Part shown: piece by piece, positions 19,440 through 26,484 of the stretch
How positions within the stretch are numbered: position 1 is the first letter of the stretch
Layout: the number at the start of each line of letters is the position of its first letter
Origin: Verrucomicrobiota bacterium
GTDB lineage: Bacteria > Verrucomicrobiota > Verrucomicrobiia > Palsa-1439
Direction of reading: 5' to 3'
Assembly: GCA_900299315.1 (NCBI GenBank)
Contig: OMJI01000099.1
Coordinates: 1 to 34,856, forward strand
DNA: 34,856 nt
The notes under the pieces: generated by a model
Told to the model about the DNA's origin: nothing
Database searches by the model: none
The model's input: only the letters and a program-made list of their open reading frames with translations
Made by a program: the position numbers and the translations under genes

Positions 19440-19686
19440 GAATGTCGGCATCCGCCGCGACGTTCTCACGGTGGAACTGACCGATGGACGCGTCCTGAGT
19501 GTGCCACTGACGTGGTATCCGACGCTGTTGCAGGCCACGGCCAAGCAGTTGCGCGACTGGAAGCCCTGTGGCGCCGGCACGGGCATTCATTGGACCTCGC
19601 TCGACTACCACCTCAGCGTGGACGGCTTGCTGCGCGGTGCGCCCGAGGCTGAAGGTGTCACCCGTCGCCTCATGGCAAATGCCTGA
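19414..19686 (+). CDS. DUF2442 domain-containing protein
   Basis: Overlaps the upstream gene by 26 nt. VLTVELTDGRVLSVPLTWYPTL...IHWTSLDYHLSVDGLL is the typical DUF2442 pattern. Confidence 0.85.
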   Translation: MSSSRAKVKNVGIRRDVLTVELTDGRVLSVPLTWYPTLLQATAKQLRDWKPCGAGTGIHWTSLDYHLSVDGLLRGAPEAEGVTRRLMANA

Positions 19687-19858
19687 GTCCTTTGCTGATG
19701 AGCCGTCATTACGAACACCGTAAGATGGATGATTCCACCGTCGCTACTCAGTGGGCCCCTTGCCGCGTCTGTGCTCGATGTAAAGATCATAGTTAACCAA
19801 GTAGGGCAACAAGTGGAGTCCCGCCCAGTAGCGTTCGTCACCCCGTTCAGATAAGTCA

Positions 19859-20383
19859 ATGAACGCACGGATTAGAAAATCGTTACCGGTAGTGCTTACC
19901 GCGATCTTGGTCACTGGATGCGCCTCGTCTACCGTGATAGGTGGCGGCAAAGACAATCCACACGGGAATCTGCATGTCTGGGTCTCAGTCGTCGGCCCAA
20001 AGGGTAAGCCTTATTATTCAGTTTCAAACAAAGAGGTCTATGTCAGTGTTCCTCCTGGAACACTAACTCCAACTGCGGGTTATCCTGAGGGCGTCTCTCC
20101 GGTTGCTCTCTGTGCTCGCAGATTCGATTACTCGAATGTTGGCGATCTATGTTGGTCCGCGGTATGGAGAGGTGAGCGGGAGGTAGTCGTAGAGTTCTAC
20201 GATTTTGGGGCCTTAAGTCGGTACGACCAACATCTGCAGCCGCAGTTAAAGCGATTTGTAGCAACAGTCACCATCGTTGATCGAGACGGTCACTGGAGTT
20301 GCCAGCAGCAAGCCACGATCCAACAGGCGCCGGGGTCATCGCAACAATTAACAAGTGACAACGACGACAAACAACCATGCTGA
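19859..20383 (+). CDS. lipoprotein of unknown function (low-GC cargo of islet)
   Basis: Signal peptide plus lipobox: MNARIRKSLPVVLTAILVTG|CASS. Hand count gives about 45% GC for 19981-20040. No family recognised. Confidence 0.75.
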   Translation: MNARIRKSLPVVLTAILVTGCASSTVIGGGKDNPHGNLHVWVSVVGPKGKPYYSVSNKEVYVSVPPGTLTPTAGYPEGVSPVALCARRFDYSNVGDLCWSAVWRGEREVVVEFYDFGALSRYDQHLQPQLKRFVATVTIVDRDGHWSCQQQATIQQAPGSSQQLTSDNDDKQPC

Positions 20384-20457
20384 TTTCGTGACGAGCGAAG
20401 GCAGTTTCGTCTTCAACAGTGACGCCGACCACTCGCTGGCGCTATAGGCAAGAAGTG

Positions 20458-20545
20458 TCGGCATGGCAGGGACAAGATGCTCCGGGAATGCCCTGCGTCG
20501 CAACAAATTTACGCCAACAGCGGCTGGCCGTTGAACTCGCGGACG
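20458..20545. repeat. 88-bp direct repeat, copy B (right boundary of islet)
   Basis: Partner of 18803-18890. It covers the true 3' end of the URO-D-like gene. It also carries a vestigial MOSC-like start (minus strand ATGCCGACACTTCTTGCC = MPTLLA, against MPNLLA in the real gene). Confidence 0.95.
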
Positions 20546-21780
20546 GCATTGAACATCGCGAGGATGTTCGCCACCGGGGTGCGGGCTTGGACGTTATGAA
20601 TCGCATCGAACACGAACCCGCCGTTGGGCGCGAAGATGCGGCAGCGTTCCAGGACTTGCGCGCGCACCTCGGCCGGCGTGCCGAACGGCAGGACGTGCTG
20701 TGTATCGACGCCGCCGCCCCAGAACGTGATCCGGTCGCCGTACTTGGACTTGAGCGTCTGCGGATCCATGCCGGTCGCGGAGCATTGGACGGGATTCACG
20801 ATGTCGAAACCGCACTCGATGAAATGCCCGATGAACGGCTCGACCGCGCCGCAGGAGTGTTTGAACGTTTTCCAGGTCGTGTGCCGGTGGATCCAGTCGT
20901 TGATCTGCCGGTAGTACGGCGCGTACAACTCGTCGAACGTCGCGGTGGAACAAAAGCTGGAGCTCTGCGTCCCGAAATCCGTCCCGCACAGGAACACCGT
21001 GTCCACCGCATCACCCAGCACGGCGGCGAGGCGCGACAGGTTCTGCAGGACGATCGCGGTCTGGCGCTCAAAGATTTTGTGCACGTAATCCTGCCGCGTC
21101 AGGATCGACACGTACCATTCCTCGATGTCGCGAATGCCCTTGGGATGACGGAGAAACGGCGCGGGCACCAACGCAATGTCGCCCAACGCCGCGCCGCCGA
21201 TACCGGCCATCACGGCGCAGCCGGTCGCCGAGGCGTCCCGGAGCGCGCGCTTGAGATAATTCAAATCATCATCGGTCACCGGCTGGAATTCTTCCAAATT
21301 GTCGGCCGGGTCGAGCTTGTCGTCGTCGATCGGCGGCTGGCGGATGATGCTGTCGAAGAAATAGCCATTGGCCGGCATGTGACCGCTGGCCGGGGCGCTC
21401 ATGTCGCCGCAGGGATAGATGTACCAGTCACCCGCCGCGTCGGTCGTGATGCGAAAGTCCTCGGGCACCAACACCGTTTGGCCCCAAGGCACCCGGATCT
21501 CCCGCCAGTTCTCGTTGCGGAAGCCAAAGAGGGTCCCGCGTGGGAAGACAGCCGTCACATCGATTCCGAGTGCGTCGCGCAGATCATCATCGACCCAGCC
21601 CAACATCTGGTACGGCTCGTGGACCTTGACCGGCTGCTGGGGCAAACCGAGCCGTTCCCGCAAAGCCGCCACGCAGGAACAATGCATGCCGGTGACCGCT
21701 GTGCTGCCAAAGTCGATGGGAATGCGATCGGGTGTTTGATGTTGCAACGCCGCTTTGACGCGCTCGCGCCGGGTCTTCAT
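20509..21780 (-). CDS. uroporphyrinogen decarboxylase (URO-D/MtaA-like) family protein
   Basis: 423-aa ORF: MKTRRERVKAALQHQTPDRIPIDFG...FWGGGVDTQHVLPFGTPAEV. The overall pattern is that of URO-D-family TIM barrels. Assigned from memory of the family. Confidence 0.85.
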   Translation of the reverse strand: MKTRRERVKAALQHQTPDRIPIDFGSTAVTGMHCSCVAALRERLGLPQQPVKVHEPYQMLGWVDDDLRDALGIDVTAVFPRGTLFGFRNENWREIRVPWGQTVLVPEDFRITTDAAGDWYIYPCGDMSAPASGHMPANGYFFDSIIRQPPIDDDKLDPADNLEEFQPVTDDDLNYLKRALRDASATGCAVMAGIGGAALGDIALVPAPFLRHPKGIRDIEEWYVSILTRQDYVHKIFERQTAIVLQNLSRLAAVLGDAVDTVFLCGTDFGTQSSSFCSTATFDELYAPYYRQINDWIHRHTTWKTFKHSCGAVEPFIGHFIECGFDIVNPVQCSATGMDPQTLKSKYGDRITFWGGGVDTQHVLPFGTPAEVRAQVLERCRIFAPNGGFVFDAIHNVQARTPVANILAMFNAVREFNGQPLLA

Positions 21781-21852
21781 CGCTCTCTCCTCACATCACG
21801 AACGGGGTACCGAGACTCTACCGCGACTGACGCCGAACTAGCAAGGCACACG

Positions 21853-21945
21853 TGGTGCAGTTCAAAGTGTTGGGCAACCGCTGAAAACTGTAGCCGAAGC
21901 GTAAGCTTCGGCCGAGGCTTACGCCTCGGCTACAGGGTCTACCCA
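21853..21945. repeat. palindromic TGTAGC...GCTACA element, copy R4
   Basis: The core at 21888-21935 is the exact reverse complement of the R1 core. The flanks GGTGCAGTTCAAAGTG and CCGCTGAAAA match the R1 flanks. Confidence 0.9.
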
Positions 21946-21967
21946 AAACTTCGCCCACGTGGCGGGA

Positions 21968-22816
21968 TCACACCCGCGCCTGTTTGCGGTAGGCAGCCGG
22001 GCTGGTGCCCATGCGCTTGGTGAACATGCGGGTGAAATGGTACCGGTTCGCGAAGCCGAGCCGGTCGGCAATCTGGTCGATGCTTTCGGTGGTGAACGCC
22101 AGGCGGTGGGTCGCGGCGGCGATGCGGCGTTCGAGGATGAACTGGGCCGGTGTCTGGCCGAGGCGGTGGCGAAAGAGCCGCGCGAAATGGTCTTCGCTGA
22201 AGTGGCAGAGCCCGGCCAGTTGTTGATTCGTCATCAACTCCCCGAGATGATCCTCGATGTGGCGGATGGCCGGGGCCACCGGGCTTTGCGCCGCCTGCAA
22301 CTCGGCCAGTTGTCCCGCCGGGATCGTGGCGAATAGATCGGCCAGCGCGGCGTAGACGAACGCTTTCACCCGGAAGATGTCCTGCGGATCCGGTGGGTTT
22401 GCCGCGAGCGGGACGGCGAGCGGTTTTTGGAACAGCCGCTGCACCGTCACGCCGGTCAGGCCGATGAGGTCGAAGTGGATGTAGAAGTGCTCGACGGGCT
22501 GCCGGCAGACGCAGGTGAACTTGACCCAGGCGGGGATGAAGTGCACCTGCCGGGCGCGCAACGGATAGTAACCACACGCCCACTCCACACCCGCACCGTC
22601 GCGGTTGTTTCGGTAAAGCCGCCAGTAACCACTGCAAACATCCCGGGTGTTCCAGTCCGAACCGATCGAAACGCGGGCGGCGGTGAAGAGCTTCACGAAC
22701 AACTGGTCGTGAAGGTTGTCGCCACGGTAGGGATCGGTCGGCATCGCGGGAAAAGATACAACATCGGCGGTTCGTGTCATAGCCGGAATTTCGTCGGCGC
22801 GGTACCGTGTCGGCAT
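21968..22816 (-). CDS. AraC-family transcriptional regulator
   Basis: C-terminal double HTH: FSEDHFARLFRHRLGQTPAQFI...IADRLGFANRYHFTRMFTKRMGTSPAAYR. Cupin-like N-terminal half. The start is uncertain: ATG at 22816, 22780 or 22744. Confidence 0.85.
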   Translation of the reverse strand: MPTRYRADEIPAMTRTADVVSFPAMPTDPYRGDNLHDQLFVKLFTAARVSIGSDWNTRDVCSGYWRLYRNNRDGAGVEWACGYYPLRARQVHFIPAWVKFTCVCRQPVEHFYIHFDLIGLTGVTVQRLFQKPLAVPLAANPPDPQDIFRVKAFVYAALADLFATIPAGQLAELQAAQSPVAPAIRHIEDHLGELMTNQQLAGLCHFSEDHFARLFRHRLGQTPAQFILERRIAAATHRLAFTTESIDQIADRLGFANRYHFTRMFTKRMGTSPAAYRKQARV

Positions 22817-24176
22817 GGTGACGGAAACGACGATGGCGCGCGCGGTGTTGGTCGAACCGCAGTCGCGGATGCGGCCGGTCACGGTGTACCGGCTCAACGA
22901 ATGGCAATACGTGGAGCGGACCATCCAGCGCCTGCTGGCGGCGTGGGGCCGGTTGGTCGAGGAGTTCTACGACAAGAGCGCCATGCACAAGTTCGTGTGG
23001 GAACAAGCCGAGTGCGTGCGCCGGTTGCGGGAGCGGATTGACCAGTTCCCGGGCGAGAATCGCGACTTGCCGGTTGATCACCGTCTCGAGGCGCTGGGGA
23101 ATGCCGTGTTGCTGGCGCCGTCCGTCGAGGATGCGCTCGATGGAATTTTCTCGTTGCTGACCGGCCCGCTGATCGTCTCCTACATCACCTACAGCCGCAG
23201 CGTGCACGGCGTGCATGACGCGCCGACGATTGCGATGCTGCATGAAATCGTCGGAATCAAGGAGCAGCAGCGCCTGTGGTTCCGGGAGTACCGACGGCGC
23301 CGTCCGCACACAACCAGCCAGGCCTACGCGGATGCGGTGGGCCGCGCGTTGGCGGCGTGCGGGAATTTCGCCGAGACTTTGCCGGTGGTCACGCCGGCCG
23401 CGCCAGTGGGCGTGAACACGGATTACCGGCTGCCAAAACTTTCGGCGCGCCCGGAACGTTACTTGCACCGGCATAACATCGTGGAGTGGACCTCGGCCAA
23501 GTTCACAGCGGACGTGGAGATGCGGCGGTTGTTCTGGTGTTACGGCTATCTGATGGAGAAGAACATCCCGGACGACCAGTTGAACTGGCTGTGGTCGGCG
23601 CATTTTATGCCGTGGGAATTTCAATACGACGTGGCGCGGCATCTCTGGGACGAATCCCGGCACGGTGACAGCGGCGCCTCGCGGCTCGCGGACTTTGGCA
23701 TCTCGCTGGAGGAAATTGGCTTTCCGAACTACGGCCCGCAGGAGACGGGGACGCTCGATGTGCTGACGCCGGCGCAGTTGTACGAGGCGGTGTTTTTCAT
23801 CGGCATGGTGGCCGAGACCGGGCATTTCACGGTGAAACAGGAAGGCTATCAGGACTTCCGCGACGGCGGCGACTTGGAGAGCGCGGAGATGATGTTGTTC
23901 GACATCATCGACGAAAACGCCCACGTCCAGTACGCCCACAAATGGCTGCCGGTCATCGCCCGTCACGCCGGTTTGGACGACAGCGGTTACAAGGAACGCG
24001 CCCGGCAGGACCGCGAGAAGCACCAGGCAAACGTCAAACAGCGCAACGCCGAAATGGCGAGCAAGGCGCCGGATGACGACTACCGGTTCGTGCAAGAACT
24101 CCTCGCCCGGATGCGCAAGGTCAAGCCGCTCACCAACGTCGCCACCTGTCCGCCGCGCACGCCACTGCCGATGTGA
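22815..24176 (+). CDS. ferritin-like di-iron carboxylate protein of unknown function
   Basis: Two E-x(32-33)-ExxH pairs: MEKN...WDESRHG and VAETG...IDENAHVQY. The N-terminal half of about 220 aa has no motif I recognise. The start is uncertain: ATG at 22815, 22833 or 22869. Confidence 0.75.
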   Translation: MVTETTMARAVLVEPQSRMRPVTVYRLNEWQYVERTIQRLLAAWGRLVEEFYDKSAMHKFVWEQAECVRRLRERIDQFPGENRDLPVDHRLEALGNAVLLAPSVEDALDGIFSLLTGPLIVSYITYSRSVHGVHDAPTIAMLHEIVGIKEQQRLWFREYRRRRPHTTSQAYADAVGRALAACGNFAETLPVVTPAAPVGVNTDYRLPKLSARPERYLHRHNIVEWTSAKFTADVEMRRLFWCYGYLMEKNIPDDQLNWLWSAHFMPWEFQYDVARHLWDESRHGDSGASRLADFGISLEEIGFPNYGPQETGTLDVLTPAQLYEAVFFIGMVAETGHFTVKQEGYQDFRDGGDLESAEMMLFDIIDENAHVQYAHKWLPVIARHAGLDDSGYKERARQDREKHQANVKQRNAEMASKAPDDDYRFVQELLARMRKVKPLTNVATCPPRTPLPM

Positions 24177-24225
24177 TCAGCCACCCCACCGGGACGGCGC
24201 GATTGCAAAGGCGCGGCGGCTTGGT

Positions 24226-24813
24226 ATGAATGGCGGGGTGAAGCTCCGCAAGTACGAACCCCGCGACCGCGCCGCCGTGCGCCAGATTTGCTGCGACACG
24301 GCGGACTGTGGCGGGCCGGTCGAGAATATCTTTCCCGACCGGGAACTGATTGCCGACCTCGTCACCCGGTACTACACCGACTTCGACCCTTCCGCGACGT
24401 GGGTCGCCGAGGCTGACGGCAAGGTGGTCGGCTACCTCACCGGCTGTCTCGACACGGCGCGCAGCCAGCGCGTAACCGTCTGGCGCATTGCGCCGCCGGC
24501 GATTCTCACGGCCATCGGCCGGGGCGTGCTCTTCCACCGGCAAACCTGGCAGTTCTTCGCCAAGCTGCGACCTTTTCGCCGCGCGGACTTGCGGGAGTAC
24601 CCGGCCCATATCCACGTCAACGTCGCCCCCGGCTTCCGCGGCGGCGCCATTGGGCGAGAGCTTCTGGCGCTGTTCTTCGCCCATGCCGGCAAGGTCGGCG
24701 TGCACGCGAATGTCCGCACCGACAATGCGCGCGGACGGAATTTTTTTGAGCAAACGGGTTTTGTAGTGTTGAATGCCGGCGCTTCGACGGTGGTGTATGG
24801 AAAGAAACTATAA
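24226..24813 (+). CDS. GNAT-family N-acetyltransferase
   Basis: ATG at 24226 (MNGGVKLRKYEPRDRAAV...). Acetyl-CoA motif VAPGFRGGAIGRELL. The C-terminal NARGRNFFEQTGF is typical of GNAT proteins. Confidence 0.85.
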   Translation: MNGGVKLRKYEPRDRAAVRQICCDTADCGGPVENIFPDRELIADLVTRYYTDFDPSATWVAEADGKVVGYLTGCLDTARSQRVTVWRIAPPAILTAIGRGVLFHRQTWQFFAKLRPFRRADLREYPAHIHVNVAPGFRGGAIGRELLALFFAHAGKVGVHANVRTDNARGRNFFEQTGFVVLNAGASTVVYGKKL

Positions 24814-26152
24814 ATTCATTTTCATCGCGATGTGGCTGGCCATCTCCGCGCACGCCGGCCCGTTGCCAGAGTTAAAGCTGGCGGACACTGACCGGATCCT
24901 CGTACTCGCGCCGCACCCGGACGACGAGGTGCTGGGCTGTGGCGGGATCATCCAGGAAGCGGTCGCGCGCAAGTTGCCGCTCCGCGTGGTGTTCCTGACC
25001 CACGGCGATGAGAATCAGTGGTCGTTCTTCCTCTACCGGATGCATCCGGTAATCTGGCCGAGCTCCGTGCGCGCACTCGGCGAGGTGCGTGTGAAGGAAG
25101 CGTTGATGGCCGCGCGCGTGTTCGGTCTGTCGTGGGAACACCTGCAGTTTCTCGGCTACCCGGACTTCGGGACGCTGGCGATCTGGAACCAGCATTGGGG
25201 CGACCAGCCGGCCTACAAGAGCCTCCTCACCCGGTCGGTCGCGGTGCCCTACTCCGACGCTCTGCGGCCGGGCGCCCCGCATCGCGGCGAGGAAATCCTG
25301 CGCGACCTGACGCAGGTGCTGGAAGAGTTCCGGCCCACGAAGGTTTTCGTGTCGCACCCGGCCGACCACAATGGCGACCACCGGGCGTTGTACCTGTTCA
25401 CGCGCGTCGCGCTGTGGGACGTGGAGAAAGAGATTCAGCCGACGCTCCATCCCTACCTCATCCACTACCGGCGTTGGCCGCAACCGCGCTCCTATGAAGC
25501 CGACGCGCCGCTGAACCCACCGGCAACGCTCGATGGCGAAGCCGCGTGGCACGTTTTCCCGCTCACGCCTGCCCAAGTCGCCACCAAGCACCGCGCGTTG
25601 CAGGAACACGTCACGCAGTACAAGTCGAACGGCCGGTACCTCCGCACGTTCATCCGCACGAACGAACTCTTCGGCGACTGGCCGGTCGCGCACCTCACCG
25701 GGTCCACCAACTCGCTGCATTCGCTCGAACTGCTCGAACAAAAAGGCCCCGCCGAACAACTCACCGAGGCCGAGCGCGCCCAGTTCACCGGCGTGGAATG
25801 GGACCACGCCCGGCTCGTGGGCGACAACCTCGAACTCTCCTTGCGCCTGAGCCGGCCGCTCGCGCGCGAAGTGCAGGCCTCCATCTACGCGTTCGGCTAC
25901 CGGCGCGATACGCCGTTCGCCCAGATGCCGAAGCTCCACATCAAACTCGGCGAGTTGCGCACCCAGATCTTCGACCAAAACCGCCGGCTCGACGACAACA
26001 TGCTGCGCGTCACCCGGTCCGAAAACGAAATCATCGTCTCGATCCCCCGCGCCGTCCTCGGCAAGCCCGACCGGATTCTCACCGGCGCCCGCACCTACGT
26101 CGTCGAAGTCCCCCTCGACTGGGTCGCGTGGCGGGTATTGCGGCTGGATTAG
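24797..26152 (+). CDS. PIG-L/LmbE-family deacetylase with signal peptide and C-terminal extension
   Basis: Signal-like FIFIAMWLAISAHAG. Motifs LAPHPDDEVLGCGG and SHPADHNGDH. A C-terminal domain of about 200 aa is unassigned. The gene overlaps the GNAT gene by 17 nt. Confidence 0.88.
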   Translation: MERNYKFIFIAMWLAISAHAGPLPELKLADTDRILVLAPHPDDEVLGCGGIIQEAVARKLPLRVVFLTHGDENQWSFFLYRMHPVIWPSSVRALGEVRVKEALMAARVFGLSWEHLQFLGYPDFGTLAIWNQHWGDQPAYKSLLTRSVAVPYSDALRPGAPHRGEEILRDLTQVLEEFRPTKVFVSHPADHNGDHRALYLFTRVALWDVEKEIQPTLHPYLIHYRRWPQPRSYEADAPLNPPATLDGEAAWHVFPLTPAQVATKHRALQEHVTQYKSNGRYLRTFIRTNELFGDWPVAHLTGSTNSLHSLELLEQKGPAEQLTEAERAQFTGVEWDHARLVGDNLELSLRLSRPLAREVQASIYAFGYRRDTPFAQMPKLHIKLGELRTQIFDQNRRLDDNMLRVTRSENEIIVSIPRAVLGKPDRILTGARTYVVEVPLDWVAWRVLRLD

Positions 26153-26175
26153 AACGCCCAACAAAACCGGATTTT

Positions 26176-26240
26176 CTGTAGCCGCACCCTTTACGGGTGC
26201 GCGTAGCCCACGCAGGCTAAAGACTGCGGCTACGGGTTTT
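26176..26240. repeat. palindromic TGTAGC...GCTAC element, copy R5
   Basis: CTGTAGCCGC (26176-26185) pairs with GCGGCTAC (26226-26233). Inner hairpin GCACCC-TTTAC-GGGTGC. Followed by GGGTTTTG. Confidence 0.7.
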
Positions 26241-26255
26241 GTCAGGCGCTCTTAA

Positions 26256-26333
26256 TCAGGGGCCCAAGCCGATCAATTTGCGTTTCTTGAGCGGCGTGAA
26301 GTGATCTCTCTCGTGCCGCCTGCCAAAATTCAT
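26256..26333 (-). pseudogene. orphan 3' remnant of a sigma54-activator-like gene
   Basis: Minus-strand reading MNFGRRHERDHFTPLKKRKLIGLGP-stop. The last 43 nt (26256-26298) match the 3' end of the response-regulator gene (30590-30632, ...LLKKRKSIGLGA-stop) at 36/43 positions by hand alignment. Confidence 0.45.
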
Positions 26334-26413
26334 CCGCGAAAAAAACTTCCGCTCATTCAAGCGGTTCACGATGGGTGAAAACACGCGGTCACGGAATCGT
26401 CACTTTTCTGCTG

Positions 26414-26444
26414 TTGACGTTGCGGCCCCCCCCCCTGCTATGTT
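26414..26444 (+). promoter_or_regulatory. sigma70-like promoter candidate with C10 homopolymer in the spacer
   Basis: TTGACG (26414-26419), 19-nt spacer containing C10 (26426-26435), extended -10 TGcTATGTT (26436-26444). It lies about 40 nt upstream of GTG 26485, which is preceded by GAGGGAGAAAGG. Confidence 0.4.
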
Positions 26445-26484
26445 CCGCGCATTGACGGGCATGTGAGGGAGAAAGGTTGGAGTT

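Noticed and set aside
18903-19586. 227-aa minus-strand ORF spanning the islet's left part
   Set aside because: It reads through the palindromic and direct repeats and is antisense to the DUF4160 and DUF2442 genes. It is probably an artefact of repeat-derived open frames (recurring ...QPSRWG... peptides).
19744-19956. 70-aa minus-strand ORF in the low-GC islet
   Set aside because: It overlaps the strong signal-peptide/lipobox start of the plus-strand lipoprotein gene by about 100 nt, and I recognise no motif. At best it is the remnant of an older gene.
20419-22023. 534-aa ORF on the plus strand
   Set aside because: It is antisense to the URO-D-family gene and its sequence is low-complexity and Arg/Asp/Ala-rich. 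It also runs through the palindromic element R4.
22814-22817. CATG in which the longest-ORF start codons of the divergent AraC and ferritin-like genes overlap
   Set aside because: It is probably an artefact of taking the longest ORFs. In-frame ATGs further in (22744/22780 and 22833/22869) leave a normal divergent promoter region.
21939-24095. 718-aa ORF on the minus strand, the longest ORF in the window
   Set aside because: The product is extremely Arg/Pro/His/Gly-rich with no motifs. It lies antisense to the AraC and ferritin-like genes, which do have clear motifs. This is a typical shadow ORF of GC-rich DNA.
24872-26164. 430-aa ORF on the minus strand
   Set aside because: It is antisense to the PIG-L deacetylase gene, which has the HPDDE and HPxDH motifs, and it has no motifs of its own. 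The same reasoning applies to 1843-2907(+), 7139-8131(-), 12987-13901(-), 16735-17526(+), 17752-18783(+), 31058-31768(+) and 33742-34602(-).
9470-26233. Whether the recurring palindromic TGTAGC elements could be a CRISPR array
   Set aside because: The copies are kilobases apart, separated by genes. Their internal sequences differ, they are not evenly spaced, and no cas genes are present.
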